64,000 bases of DNA from the NCBI GenBank assembly GCA_963833125.1, contig CAWHWX010000001.1:320001-384000 (forward strand), given 5' to 3'. This document shows, one piece after another, positions 19,117-30,759 of this stretch. The stretch comes from Candidatus Bathyarchaeota archaeon. Lineage in GTDB: Archaea > Thermoproteota > Bathyarchaeia > 40CM-2-53-6. A model generated the notes under the pieces. It had not been told where the DNA came from, searched no databases, and saw only the letters and a program-made list of their open reading frames with translations. The position numbers and the translations under genes are program-made. Each line of letters starts with the position of its first letter. Within the stretch, counting starts at the first letter, position 1.

Positions 19117-20866
19117 TCATTTTATGATTAGAGGTACCACTCTTTGGTGATCAACGTCAAAGAGCCCTTTGTCTGTAATTCTTGCGTGAGATATTACCGG
19201 AAGTGCGAGCGTGGAGATTATCAGTATGGTTCCGTAATCGACGAGTCCAAGTTGTTCCTCCACTTTTCTGAATGCCAGCAATTTTCCTGCGACTGTCTCA
19301 GCCTTTTCTTCCGACATGAGGCCTGCTACCGGTAGCTCAACTTTAGCCAACACCTTTCCTCCGTTCACTGCAACCAACCCACCTTGGCACTCGATTAGAG
19401 TGTTTGCGGCCATCGCCATATCTGGCGGGTTATTCCCAACAACAGTAAGGTTGTGTGAATCGTGTGAAATGGTGGTAGCTAAGGCTCCTTCCTTCAGACC
19501 GAATCTATCCAGGAAGCCAAGCGACTTGTTTCTGGTTTTTCCGTGTCTTTCCAAAACGGCAACGGTCGCACCATCGTGCTGCACGATATGGTCCTTGACG
19601 GTCATGTCTTTTTCCTCAAAGTTGGTTAAGAAGCCCTGCATGGTTATTGTGCGGACTCTGATCGATCCAGTCTCTTGTTCGACCCGGACCTGGAAATCTC
19701 CCGGCGTCACGCTCGTGAAGTTTCACTGTGTGTGTTGCTTCTTTCGGGAAATGCGTCGTCGTAAGTTTTGTTGTAAGCATACCATTTTCTGCTACGATTC
19801 TCCCATTCGCAACAACCAAGTCCACTCTGAACTCATTCAAGTCTTTGAGTAGTAGGATGTCGGCGATTTTTCCTGGGGCTATGGCGCCGCGGTCGAATAG
19901 GCGAAGGTGTTTGGCTGGGAAGAGGGTTGCTGAGCGGACGGCGTCGATTGGATCGAACCCGTTTCGTATTGCTTTGCGCACAACATCGTCCAAATGTCCA
20001 TCTCGCACGAGATCGTCTGGCATTGTGTCGTCAGTAACGAATAGCAGGCCTTGCTTGCTAGGAAGCTTGGCCAGCAATTTGACTAATCCGGGAACGAGAG
20101 AGAATTTCCTTAGCTTTGCGAACATTCCGAGCCGCATTTCGCGGAGGATTATGTCAAAATCAGCCTTGTAACCATGTTCGGAGTCCACAGGGAAGTATTC
20201 ATGGTTTGCTTCAATTCCTGCGGCTGCGTACGCGTTCGTTCCCTTTTCGTCTAGACCCATGCAGTGACCGTCAATAACGACTCCTGCCTCCCTGCCAGCC
20301 TTGACTATACCAGTCATACGTTCATCGAGGTTGACAACGCCGCTGTAATCCATTACTTCTGCGAGGCCGATAACCCTCTCCCAACCAAGCATTTCTCTAA
20401 CATCTGATGCTTGAATTTCAGCCCCCGCTGTGTCCGCGTTCAAGACCGCAGGGACGCACGTAGGGACGAGAACAAGAACCTTCAACGGCAGGCCTGCACT
20501 GGAATCAAGCATCATCCTTACCCCGGCTTTCCCTAACACATTTCCAATTTCATGAGGATCAATTGCCACGGTAGTCGTCCCATGTGGTAGAACGGCCTCA
20601 GCAAATCGCGGTGGAGTAAGCATACTGCTCTCAATGTGGAGATGCGAATCGATCAGGCCTGGTATGGCATACATTCCTTTCGCGTCGAAAACATCCTTCG
20701 ACTTAGTTGCTTCTAGATCTCCAACATAGGAGATTATGTCGCCACAAATCCCTATACTGGTCTCGTATTGTTCGCGGGTGTAAACATTCACGAGCCGCAC
20801 GTTTCTCAGTACGAGGTCGAACGGGACGTCTCCGCGTGCAGTCTGGACTACTTTTTCATAACTCAA
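19117..20866 (-). CDS. ade: Adenine deaminase (binuclear Ade type), one frameshift near 19710
   Basis: PGLIDSHLHIESSM, DPHEIGNV, VTDD, ISHDSHN, LPVAGLMS. Confidence 0.88.
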
Positions 20867-20923
20867 GTTTGAATCAAGTCTTTCCCAATACTGGCAACCC
20901 TAGGAAATGATTACAAGGCTTTC

Positions 20924-22190
20924 GTGATCGTTGACGTAACAAAAATGGATGTGGTTGGTGTGACTTCGGCGAGTCAAGTCGCCACGGAGCGCTTGGTTCA
21001 ACGATCGCTTGCGCCTGCAAGATGGTTCTGGTTGGATTGGCTCAGAGTTATCGCCATGGGCACTATCTTCCTGTTTCATAGTAGCAGGCCCTTCGCGCCG
21101 CCTCCATGGCATGTTATGAACTCGACTTTGGATCTAGGGTTCACTCTGTTCGACGCTTTCATTTCCGGATGGATCATGCCCCTCTTCTTCGTAATCTCAG
21201 GTATCGCCGTGTACTCTTCTCTAAGAAAACGAAGTGGAAGTGCCTCTCAATTCCTTAAGGACCGATTCATGCGACTCATGATCCCCTTCCTAACCGTTGG
21301 ACTGCTAGTCATTTTATCTGTGAACGTTTACTACGACGCAGTCTTCCACGGGAATTTCACGGGAGACTTTCTCAGCTTCTATCTTGGACCGTACTTCACG
21401 AAGTTCTTCCCATTCGACCTGAACTTTTCATCCACCTATTTCGCAGAACTCGAATCAGGGCATATACCTTTGGTACCTCTTCTGGCTGTTCGCCTTCTCC
21501 ATCGCGACATTTCCCTTGTTCAGATGGCTCGCGAAGGAAGTGAACCGCGAGAGGCTCTCGAAGCTGTACGCTGCCTGCAACAGGCGGGGAGGCATTCTAT
21601 TGCTGGCGATTCCTCTGATCATTGTGAATATAGCCGCGGTGCCGCCTTACTTCGTCTTTCCCAGCGGCTATGGAGGCTGGAAACTCCCCGCATACCTCGT
21701 GCTTTTCGTCATTGCTTACGTGATGGCTTCTAGCCCTCAATTCGAAGAGTCGATCGAGAAGAACCGGAAAATCAGCTTGATTTTGGGGGTCGTCATAAGC
21801 CTCATCATAATCGCCATAGCAGCTTCATCCGGAGGCGCGCCCGCTTCATCTGGCATAGACGGTTCTTACGTTGTGGTTTCCACGATCTGGGCATTGAACG
21901 GGTGGTGCTGGGTGACGGCGATACTTGGCTTCGGGCGCAAATACCTCTCCTTCGACCACAAATACCTGAAAGTCTCAAATGAACTCGTGTTACCGTTCTA
22001 TATTCTCCATCAGTCCGTCATCGTCGCAGTAGCCTTCTATGTTGTCGGTCTGAACTTAATCGTGATCGAGAAATACCTTCTAATCGTGCTCGTATCATTT
22101 CCAATAATAGCGGCTCTACTTTACCCTGTTAGCAAAGTCAATGTGCTCAGGTTTCTGTTTGGAATGCGAACGAAGACGCACGCTTCCTGA
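20924..22190 (+). CDS. Acyltransferase 3 family (OpgC/MdoC-like), frameshift near 21447
   Basis: LDWLRV..FH, MPLFFVISG, RFMRLMIPF, PFYILHQ. Confidence 0.85.
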
Positions 22191-22206
22191 GGGCGAGCAA
22201 CAATCG

Positions 22207-22238
22207 CATGTGGGGTTATCGTGGTACGCACCCACATG
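22207..22238 (+). repeat. Divergent repeat copy with a different perfect 8-bp stem
   Basis: CATGTGGGG|TTATCG|TGGTACGCACCCACATG; CATGTGGG pairs with CCCACATG. Confidence 0.7.
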
Positions 22239-22296
22239 GACAGTCGTCAAGCCATATTGTAGAATATCGTTCGAGACGCGTTTTCTCGGCTGTTGC

Positions 22297-23860
22297 TCAC
22301 TCGGGAGGGATTTCTTTGTAGGCGAGTGATATGTCGATTCCTCGTTTTCCGTGGTAGTACTTGGATACCCCGTAAAGAACCAGGCCTGTTAGAAATGAAG
22401 CTGCTACGTATGAGTATGCGAATGGGTTTCCGCCCCAGATCGACGGGAACGCGAGGAACTGGTAAAGCAGGTACAGAAATACTAGAGAGGTGAAGGTTCC
22501 ACAGGATAACAGCAACCATTTCGCTTGTCCCTTCTCCTTCCTAACTCCATACACCGCCCCTGCTGCTCCGATGCATGCGAAGTAAATCATCGAGGCGATG
22601 ACACTTCCGTAGAGGGATACCAAGAGTTCCATAGAGGAAGGAAGCTCCGCCGATCAAGAAGATGACTACGACAAGGTCAATCAAGTGAGCCACGACTGGA
22701 GAACCCCATTTGGGAGTTACATAGGCGATTTTTGATGGGAGGAAGCGGTCGAATGCTTCGGCGAACAGATACCTAGAAACAAGAATTATCCCGTAAGCAA
22801 GGATGGCGACGTTCCAGACAATCCATCCCAGCCCAATGAACCATGACAAGGCGACGTTGTTGGATACTCCCATCGCTAGAGTCCAGAAGTTGAACGAGTA
22901 TGTATACACCAAAGTAGAATTGGCTAAGGCGGCCGTAATGAATTCGAACCCTCCTACAAAGTACATCGTTGCGAACGAACCGGTAACGAGTAAGAAGATG
23001 ATGAACGCTGCGATTGGAATATTCCATTTGAGAGTTTTATTTCCGCCTTTGAGTTCAGACGCTACGGCAGGGCCTGCGAAGACCCATGGGTAAACGAAGA
23101 TTGCGAAGAACGGAAGCATCATAATTGTGGCGTTGAAATCGAACGTAGGCCCCGTATAAGACGCAGCGACCTTTGCGTAGGTCGTATTCGCGCCGATGCT
23201 ATTGAGGAAGTCCATGTAACTCGACACTCCTGCCCTACCGGCGGAGAGTAATGTGATGTTGGCGACGATCATACTAATGACGCCGAGAGTAGTGCATACC
23301 GCTACAAGTTTGTATCCGAACTTGGGTCTCCAGATATTCACGCCTATCATTACGGCAAAGATCACGGCACCAAGGACAAACTGGGACACTACGTCAGCTC
23401 CTTGAATGTTCCCAGGCAAGGCGAGTCCAAGGCAGCTTGTAATTCCGCAGCTCGTGTAACCCAAAGACGCACCCACTGAACCGATTGCAAAGATTGTTGA
23501 AAGCGTAATCAGCGCAAGATATGCCATCGTCTCGAGGGCTGGACCCATGAAGGCTAGGGATCCTCCTAACCATCCGCCGAAAGTCCGGGAAAGCCAGACA
23601 TAATCTCCGCCCGTTCTAGGTATACGTTGAGTCATCATCGTGTAGACGACAATTTGCGGTATAGAAAGCACGAACGCAATAATTGATCCATACACAAGGT
23701 TTACGCCGGATATGGTTGGCAACAAAACCATCGTGAAACCCACAACGGCGAGTGCCGCTCCGGCTGACATGTCAGCTATGTTGAGAGCGACCGCATCAAA
23801 GAGAGAGACGTTCTTGATCAGCCCAGTAGCTTCACGAACGAAAACAGCGCCTTTAGCCAA
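22297..23860 (-). CDS. APC family amino acid/polyamine permease, frameshift near 22620
   Basis: FVREATGL, IPRTGGDYVW, FDRFLP, C-terminal YKEIPPE. Confidence 0.88.
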
Positions 23861-23991
23861 TTAGTCTTCCCTAGAACGCCATTCATGACGTCTGTTCGCA
23901 TAAAAGACTTTGTTGACACTTTCAAATGGCGGCGGACCCGATCGTGACAAAGATTTATGAACGCACCCAAAAATAAAGCCCGAAGGCCACT

Positions 23992-24999
23992 TTGTCAAGT
24001 AGAATTAACCAAATGATCTACGAGTTTCCAAAGGCTGAGTTACACCTTCACATTGAGGGCACGTTCGAGCCGGAGCTAATGTTCGAAATAGCGCAACGAA
24101 ACAAAGTAAAACTTCCTTACAAAACCGTGGAGGAGGTTCGAAAGGCCTACAAGTTCACGGACCTGCAATCGTTCTTGGACATATACTACAACGCGATGAG
24201 CGTTCTTCTTCACGAACGAGACTTTTACGAGCTAACCACGGCTTATCTCAAACGAGCATCATCCCAAGGGGTTCGGCACGCTGAAATTTTCTTCGACCCC
24301 CAAGCACACACAGATCGACACGTACCTTTCGACACCGTAGTCAATGGAATAAGTCAAGCACTCGTTGACGGCCAGAAGAACATGGGAGTAAGCTCCAAGC
24401 TCATAATGTGTTTTCTGAGAGACCTCTCAGCGGCTTCCGCCATGCAAACGCTCGAGAAGGCATTTTCGTACAAGGACAAGATTTTCGCAGTAGGGTTGGA
24501 TTCCAAAGAACTCGGTAACCCTCCCAAGAAATTTCAAGAAGTGTTCGCGAAAGCAAGGGACGGAGGCTTTCTTGCCGTAGCACACGCAGGGGAAGAAGCT
24601 CCACCGGAATATGTTTGGCAAGCTTTGGAACTATTAGGGGTGTCTCGAATCGATCATGGATACCACTCCCTTGAGGACCCCAGATTAGTGGATAAACTTG
24701 TGAAGGAACAAATCCCCCTAACCGCCTGCCCATTGGCCAGCGTCGGCGTCCAATACTTTGAGTCCATGGATAAGTTCCCAATCAAGAAGATGCTCGATCT
24801 AGGCTTGCTCGTGATGCTGAACTCAGATGACCCGGCGTACTTTGGCGGCTATGTCGCAGAGAATTACAAAGCAGTGACGGACGCGCTTAGGCTCACCGAG
24901 CAAGATGTGCTCAAACTTTTGAAGAACTCATTCAAGGCTTCCTTCTTAGAAGAGAGCAGTAAACAGCGATATATCACACAACTGGACGAAAAATTCTGA
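23992..24999 (+). CDS. add: Adenosine/adenine deaminase (Add family)
   Basis: PKAELHLHIEG, AHAGE, RIDHG, NSDDPAYF. Confidence 0.92.
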   Translation: MSSRINQMIYEFPKAELHLHIEGTFEPELMFEIAQRNKVKLPYKTVEEVRKAYKFTDLQSFLDIYYNAMSVLLHERDFYELTTAYLKRASSQGVRHAEIFFDPQAHTDRHVPFDTVVNGISQALVDGQKNMGVSSKLIMCFLRDLSAASAMQTLEKAFSYKDKIFAVGLDSKELGNPPKKFQEVFAKARDGGFLAVAHAGEEAPPEYVWQALELLGVSRIDHGYHSLEDPRLVDKLVKEQIPLTACPLASVGVQYFESMDKFPIKKMLDLGLLVMLNSDDPAYFGGYVAENYKAVTDALRLTEQDVLKLLKNSFKASFLEESSKQRYITQLDEKF

Positions 25000-25106
25000 T
25001 CCGAGATCGAGTGTCTCGCCTGGAATTCTGCGTTATATTGAACAACTGGAAGCGAAAATTAAGAGTAAGTGTTCGAAATACGATATCGAATGTCTCGCTT
25101 GGAATA

Positions 25107-25442
25107 TTACGAGGTTGTGGTTTGCTCAGCTTCGACGCTCTCGTCTTCTTCAAACTCGCCTTCGTCTTCTCCTTGCGAGAGCGTGATTTCGATCGTTGAA
25201 ATGTTGCCCCTAGTACCGTCGTAACGGGTGACGTCTTCTGAACCAAGGTTTATGCTTTTAATGAGTACGTCTTTGAGAAAGCTATGCCTTAGCATTTGTA
25301 CGGTGTCGATGGCTTTCTCTATCGCTTGACCCCTCGCCCTGACCATAACTTCCTCGTTGCCGGAATTGAAGAGCGTTACGCAGGCTGTGACGTAGTTCAT
25401 GACGGGTTTCTTGCCAATTCGAACGAGGTTCGGTTGACTCAT
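25107..25442 (-). CDS. albA: DNA/RNA-binding protein Alba with acidic C-terminal tail
   Basis: IGKKPVMNYV, ARGQAIEKAID, ISTIEITL. Confidence 0.92.
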   Translation of the reverse strand: MSQPNLVRIGKKPVMNYVTACVTLFNSGNEEVMVRARGQAIEKAIDTVQMLRHSFLKDVLIKSINLGSEDVTRYDGTRGNISTIEITLSQGEDEGEFEEDESVEAEQTTTS

Positions 25443-25574
25443 CGAACACACCAAAACAAAATTGTTGGATTACTCGTGAAGGGCGTTGCGATTCAGGGTT
25501 TTCTGGGAAGGACCATCTCGCGTTCTATTAAGATTGTTCGACGAAGAATTCGCTATTAAAATAGTCTGCTCTCT

Positions 25575-26564
25575 CTAGCCACCAATGGTGTGCATTGGTC
25601 GGATATGTTCAAGCCCTTCATATTTCTTGAGCAATGTTTCAACACCAGGCGCCTTACGCAGAACTGCGTCGCGCATGAAATTCAGAATGGCTTCATCGGA
25701 TGCTCCGCCTCTAAGCAGGGGTCTTAGGTCGAATCCAGTTTTGTCAAAGAGACACGGAACTATTTTGCCATCCGCGGAAAGACGGATTCTGTCGCAATCG
25801 GAGCAGAATGGTTCGGTTATTGAAGTAATTATTCCGATCTCACCTTTTCCGTCTTGAAACTTGTAGAGCTTTGCAGTGCTTCCGGCTTGGCGTGGAACTG
25901 GGGCCAGCGGGTAGTGTTCTCGAATTCTTTCCACAATCTCATTGCCGCTCACTACCTTATCCATGCCCCAATGTTGTTGACCATCGAAGGGCATGTATTC
26001 AATGAATCTCACCGTGACGTCGCCCGCTATCGCAAGGGAAGCCAGGTCCGCAACCTCGTCATCATTGCAGCCGCGAATGATTACGGCGTTTATTTTGAGA
26101 GGTTTGAAGCCGCTTGATTTCGCAGCTCTTATTCCAGCGACAACGGTCTCGAGGACACCGCCTCCCGTTATCTGGCTGAACCTTTCGGGCTTGAGGCTGT
26201 GAAGGCTTACAGTGACTCCCTTCAACCCGGCCTTTCTTAGGGCCGAGGCTTTCTCAGACAGGAGGAATCCGTTCGTGGTCATGCTGAGCTGGCGGAGTTT
26301 GGGAATCTTAGCTAAGAGAGCGACTAGTTCCTCGATGTCGCGGCGCATTAAGGGTTCGCCGCCACTCAACCGTATGTTCTCTACACCCATACCCACGAAG
26401 AGAGATGCAACTCGCTGAATCTCCTCATAGCTGAGAATCTCGCTCTGCGGCAACCAGACCGGGTGTGTGGGCATGCAGAACTGACAGCGGAAGTTACAGC
26501 GGTCCGTAACCGAAATTCGGAGCTTACGCGCAACGCGCCCATAAGAATCGGTTAGAACCGGCAC
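25575..26564 (-). CDS. moaA: GTP 3',8-cyclase (radical SAM)
   Basis: LRISVTDRCNFRCQFC, FCSDCDRIRL, C-terminal IGG. Confidence 0.95.
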   Translation of the reverse strand: MPVLTDSYGRVARKLRISVTDRCNFRCQFCMPTHPVWLPQSEILSYEEIQRVASLFVGMGVENIRLSGGEPLMRRDIEELVALLAKIPKLRQLSMTTNGFLLSEKASALRKAGLKGVTVSLHSLKPERFSQITGGGVLETVVAGIRAAKSSGFKPLKINAVIIRGCNDDEVADLASLAIAGDVTVRFIEYMPFDGQQHWGMDKVVSGNEIVERIREHYPLAPVPRQAGSTAKLYKFQDGKGEIGIITSITEPFCSDCDRIRLSADGKIVPCLFDKTGFDLRPLLRGGASDEAILNFMRDAVLRKAPGVETLLKKYEGLEHIRPMHTIGG

Positions 26565-26643
26565 TAGACCTAAGCCGCCCTATGTAGCATGCAGAAAGTG
26601 CATCATTTAAAGCCTAATTTTCCCCATCAAGAGTGAACCAGAT

Positions 26644-27108
26644 ATGAGTCCATCAGGACCTCCGCTGGTGTCCTCATCCTCTGAGCAAATTGTATTGTTC
26701 GTTTGCGTGGAGAATACCTTTCGTAGTATCATAAGTGAAGCTATTTTCAACACATATGCACCAAAAGGCTGGCATGCAGAAAGCGCCGGCGTGCAACCCA
26801 GCGAAGCCATCAACCCAGTCGCCATCGAGCTCCTACGAGAGATTGGAATCGAAATCGGCTCGAAAAAGCCTAGGTCGGTCACGCCGGAGTTAGTCGCCGG
26901 TGCAACTCGGATCGTCACTTTCGGCTGCTTAGACCGCTGTCCCATCGGTGCTAAAGAAAAATCGGAGGATTGGCCTATCCCCGGGAGCACGACCGGGAAG
27001 AATGGCTCTCTGAGGAGCCCTGTCGAGTTACATGCGATTCGCGGTGAACTAGAACGCCGGATTCTCAAGTTAATCCATGAAATCGAACGAAGCACACCAG
27101 CTCAGTAA
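26644..27108 (+). CDS. LMW-PTP-fold arsenate reductase (ArsC-like)
   Basis: FVCVENTFRS (CX5R), ESAG, CLDRCP. Confidence 0.8.
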   Translation: MSPSGPPLVSSSSEQIVLFVCVENTFRSIISEAIFNTYAPKGWHAESAGVQPSEAINPVAIELLREIGIEIGSKKPRSVTPELVAGATRIVTFGCLDRCPIGAKEKSEDWPIPGSTTGKNGSLRSPVELHAIRGELERRILKLIHEIERSTPAQ

Positions 27109-27164
27109 ATACGTCAACCACCATCGAAACAATATATCGGCGGGGTTAAGGTAATGGTGCAGCC

Positions 27165-27416
27165 ATGCCTAGAAAACTTCCGTCCTCATACTTGCGGAAA
27201 CTGAACGAGGAACAGAAAAGAACCAAAGTTTACGCTGAGAAAGCGGCAGAAAAGAAACTGGAGCCAAAGGATCCGGATTCGGGAAAGCTCAAAGGGTTTA
27301 CGGGGATTTGTCAAACGTGTGGGTCTCGCACGAAATTCACTGTAGACAAGTTTGGGTACGCGACATGCGGAAACTGTAGGGCAATTGCCAGTTACAAGTT
27401 CGGGCACGTAGCGTAA
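27165..27416 (+). CDS. Small basic zinc-ribbon protein
   Basis: CQTCG and CGNC pairs. Confidence 0.65.
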   Translation: MPRKLPSSYLRKLNEEQKRTKVYAEKAAEKKLEPKDPDSGKLKGFTGICQTCGSRTKFTVDKFGYATCGNCRAIASYKFGHVA

Positions 27417-27434
27417 TCTGAGTTCGATAGGAAG

Positions 27435-28100
27435 CTACGTAACCACAGGTTGCTCGAGAGCATCAACACTCGCTTCATCTAGATCAAGATCGAAGACTTC
27501 CTCGAACCTCCTTCGAACCTGCTCTTTCACATCACGGAACTTCAGGTCTGTCCCAAGCAGGGCTTTCATCGAGGTCATGGTTGAACCAGAGAACCCGCAA
27601 GGGTTAATCTTGTGGAAGTAACTCAAGTCCGTGTTCGCGTTGAGCGCGAATCCGTGAAAGCTTACCCAGTTTCTGATCGCTGCCCCGATTGAAGCAATCT
27701 TCTTGCTTCCTACCCATACACCAGTCTGCTCTCCTCGCCCCCCAGCTATCCCAAACTTCCCAATCGTCAGAATGAGAGTTTGCTCAATATTTCTTAGGAA
27801 TCGATGAATGTCTCGCTCTCTCTCATTCAAGTCTAGAATCGGATAACCCACTACCTGTCCCAAGCCGTGGTACGTCCATTGGCCCCCGCGCTCTATTCGA
27901 TAGACTGGGATGCCATCTATTTGGGGAGGGATGTCCCCAGACACGGCTTTGCCTACTGTGAATACATGTGGATGCTCCACCAAGATCAAGCTATCCGGAA
28001 TCAGTTTCCTCGCTCGAAGATCAACGAGCTTCCGCTGAAGTTCCCAGACTTCTGCATACTCTCGTTGTCCGAGGTCGAGTAGATTTCCTTTCGTTGTCAT
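27435..28100 (-). CDS. lipB: Lipoyl(octanoyl) transferase
   Basis: EHPHVFT, RGGQWTYHG, KIASIG, HGFALN, INPCG. Confidence 0.92.
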   Translation of the reverse strand: MTTKGNLLDLGQREYAEVWELQRKLVDLRARKLIPDSLILVEHPHVFTVGKAVSGDIPPQIDGIPVYRIERGGQWTYHGLGQVVGYPILDLNERERDIHRFLRNIEQTLILTIGKFGIAGGRGEQTGVWVGSKKIASIGAAIRNWVSFHGFALNANTDLSYFHKINPCGFSGSTMTSMKALLGTDLKFRDVKEQVRRRFEEVFDLDLDEASVDALEQPVVT

Positions 28101-29488
28101 TTTTGTAGGATGTGAATCGCTTTTCCTTTTGCTGCCTCGGCTGCCTCCATCACACTTTCTGGTAAAGTGGGGTGGGGGTGAACTGTGAGTCCAATGTCTT
28201 CTAATGTTGCTCCCATTTCTATGGCGAGAGCGGCCTCGCTGATTAGGTCAGAGGCTTCGGTACCAACTATGTGAACACCGAGAACCAAGTCGGAGTTCTT
28301 GTCGGCCACTATCTTGGTGAAACCCTCGGTTTCCCCTGCGAGGAGTGCGCGTCCCAAGGCTGTAAACGGAAACTTCCCAACGATAGGTTCGTACCCCTTT
28401 TCTTTTGCTTGCGATTCGGTGAGGCCGACAGTTGCGATTTCTGGGTCGGTGAATATGACTCCTGGGATCGCATGAAAGTCAGCTTCACTGCTCATTCCCG
28501 CGATAACCTCCGCGGCTACAATCCCTTCCTTGGAGGCCTTGTGTGCGAGCATGGGTGGTCCCACCACATCACCGATCGCATAGATTCCTGGTGAGCTGGT
28601 TTGCATCTTCTTGTTGACTTGAATGAACCCGTGGGAATCAGTTTGGACCCCGGCCTTTTCCAAGCCGATTTCGTCGCTATTTGGACGCCTTCCGACGGTG
28701 ACCAAGACCTTGTCAGCCTCAAATGCGCCTTCCTTCCCGTCCTCTAGGGTGGCGTAGATTTTCCCGTCACGATATTCCTTTGCCTTGGATTTGACATGAT
28801 ATTCAATGCCAAGTTTTCGAAGTGACCTTTCGACGACTCTCACGAGGTCAATGTCGGTTCCCGGGAGAAGTTGGTCTAACATTTCGATTATGGTCACCTT
28901 CGTTCCAAGTTGGGCGTACATAGTTCCCATCTCCAATCCAGTCACGCCGCCCCCGATTATGCCCAACTTTTTCGGGACTTGCTGAAGTGAGAGTGCTTCG
29001 GTTGAGCTGATTATGCTGGTTCCGTTGAACTTGAAAGTGGGAAGGTCGAAGTAACGCGAACCCGTTGCTATGATGATGTCCTTTGCTTCAATGATCTCCG
29101 TCCCAGTCGACTCTTAACTTCAAGCTGGTGAGCGTCAATGAATTTCCCGGATCCTTTTACGAGCTTGACGTTGTTTCCTTTGAGTAGGTAATCGATACCC
29201 GATACTAAGCCGATCGACTACACCCTGTTTCCATGCTTGCACTTTAGCAAAATCTACGTTAACCCCGGTTACCTCTAGGCCAATCTGTTTGGCTGCTTCT
29301 ACCCGCTGTTTTAGTTTCGCGACGCGGATAAGTGCCTTCGAGGGTATACATCCAATGTTTAGGCATACACCGCCTAGCTTTTCTTTTTCTATGAGGATCG
29401 TTTCCTTTCCGAGCTGCCCGAGTCTTATGGCTGCAACATAACCGCCCGGCCCACTCCCAAGCACAGCAGCTTCCGTCTTCTGTGTCAT
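28097..29488 (-). CDS. lpdA: Dihydrolipoyl dehydrogenase (E3), two frameshifts
   Basis: GSGPGGY, GGVCLNIGCIPSK, HPHPTLPE; middle part found in another frame. Confidence 0.9.
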
Positions 29489-29731
29489 TTTAACCCCTAA
29501 ATTCAGATTTATGAGGCGAATGTTAGGCTTAATCCTAAAAGTTTGCTTCGACCCTCCCGAACCTCCCGTTCGGATTTCTCCAGCCGTTCAGCCACCTCGT
29601 CGAGTTCGGCTAGGTACTGGATCTCAAATCACCGATTGCTCGCAGAAATCTAGACGTATGGCAAAGCTACGCTAACCTGGTCTACCGTAGCGGTTTAATG
29701 GTAGTCCAGACTGAGTTCAAATTCAGTTGCC

Positions 29732-29754
29732 CGCACCACTAGACCCACACACAC
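29732..29754 (-). repeat. Repeat copy
   Basis: Reverse complement GTGTGTGTGG|GTCTAG|TGGTGCG. Confidence 0.9.
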
Positions 29755-29791
29755 TGAACGACCCGCCGGAAGACTGCCCTCGACTAATTCT

Positions 29792-30127
29792 TCAAGTGTT
29801 CAACGTCCATCCCATTAGATCTCTTACAAGTGTGATCTGTTCGCGTATTACGTCCACAAGCTTCTTCACTGGTTGTAACGCTGCGAGGTATGCGCCTTGC
29901 GACCCGTAAGTTGTTGCAATAAGCTCTTCATGCTGCCGGTTATAATGCTCGCAATGAATGAACAGGTTTCGCAATGCTCTAAATTGGATAGGTTTTAGCT
30001 GAAACAGAAGTCCACTCGACTTTGCGACTTCCCATGAATCAAGAGGGATGTACGGAAGCTTATCGGAGTCAAGTTCGTGAAACACTTGATCCATCACATC
30101 AACCTCTTCTCTCAGTAACAAAAGCAA
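29792..30127 (-). CDS. Hypothetical helical protein (start uncertain)
   Basis: 111-aa ORF directly downstream of the nuclease-like gene. Confidence 0.5.
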   Translation of the reverse strand: MLLLLREEVDVMDQVFHELDSDKLPYIPLDSWEVAKSSGLLFQLKPIQFRALRNLFIHCEHYNRQHEELIATTYGSQGAYLAALQPVKKLVDVIREQITLVRDLMGWTLNT

Positions 30128-30132
30128 CTTGC

Positions 30133-30726
30133 CTAGGTCGCCTTCCTGTTTCTCCCACTTCCGTTGAGCGGCGGGTATGCGATAAGTAACACGAATTGAG
30201 TGGGATTTAGCGAAATCTGTTCGAAGAGACCCTCGTAGCCACAGACTGGTTTATCGCAACGGTTCGGTGCAACAAGCTCTGGGGTATACTCGGTTCTGCA
30301 ACGAGGGCATCTAACCATACGCTTTCCTGACCACGCAATCGTCGCGAATCCAGCATTGGCATAGATTGGTGCCCAACTTTCCGCGTCGAGTTGAGGAATG
30401 ACAACACTAACAGTGTCAGTTGGGTGGCTTCTCTTGTACTTTTTGAGTTGTCTTAGTGTTCCTCCGATATCATATTCGTGAATCTCCCCAACCCGCAAAA
30501 CCTTGACGTGCGTCTTTATCTCGAATCTTAGTCTATGATTCGAGGTCGTGGCTGAAACATCGGGCCAGCCTTCCCCAGAAGGATCTTCCAGATCGAAGCC
30601 CAAGAGATCTTCCCGCACCAGTTCTTTTGTGATTGTTCTTAGACCACCATCCAGAACAAACGTGCGAGCAACATCATCCTGAAGAGTCACTGACCGGACA
30701 CTTCCTACTCCTTTGCAATGGATCAC
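30133..30726 (-). CDS. Putative PD-(D/E)XK nuclease with C-terminal zinc finger
   Basis: WPDV...FEIKT...QLKKY motif order; CPRC...CDKPVC. Confidence 0.6.
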   Translation of the reverse strand: MIHCKGVGSVRSVTLQDDVARTFVLDGGLRTITKELVREDLLGFDLEDPSGEGWPDVSATTSNHRLRFEIKTHVKVLRVGEIHEYDIGGTLRQLKKYKRSHPTDTVSVVIPQLDAESWAPIYANAGFATIAWSGKRMVRCPRCRTEYTPELVAPNRCDKPVCGYEGLFEQISLNPTQFVLLIAYPPLNGSGRNRKAT

Positions 30727-30759
30727 GTCTGGGAGACATTATGTGATCTCCACACTGTT

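Noticed and set aside
19727-19765. GTGTGTGT and CGTCGTCG resembling the repeat
   Set aside because: Inside the adenine deaminase coding sequence and lacks the TGG-N6-TGG structure
29511-29626. Antitoxin-like peptide EIQYLAELDEVAERLEKSEREVREGRSK on - strand
   Set aside because: No in-frame start upstream of this stretch and no toxin partner; at most a remnant, too weak to call
29670-29730. tRNA fragment as island attachment site (CTGAGTTCAAATTCAG resembles a T-arm)
   Set aside because: No acceptor stem, anticodon arm or matching copy at the other island end
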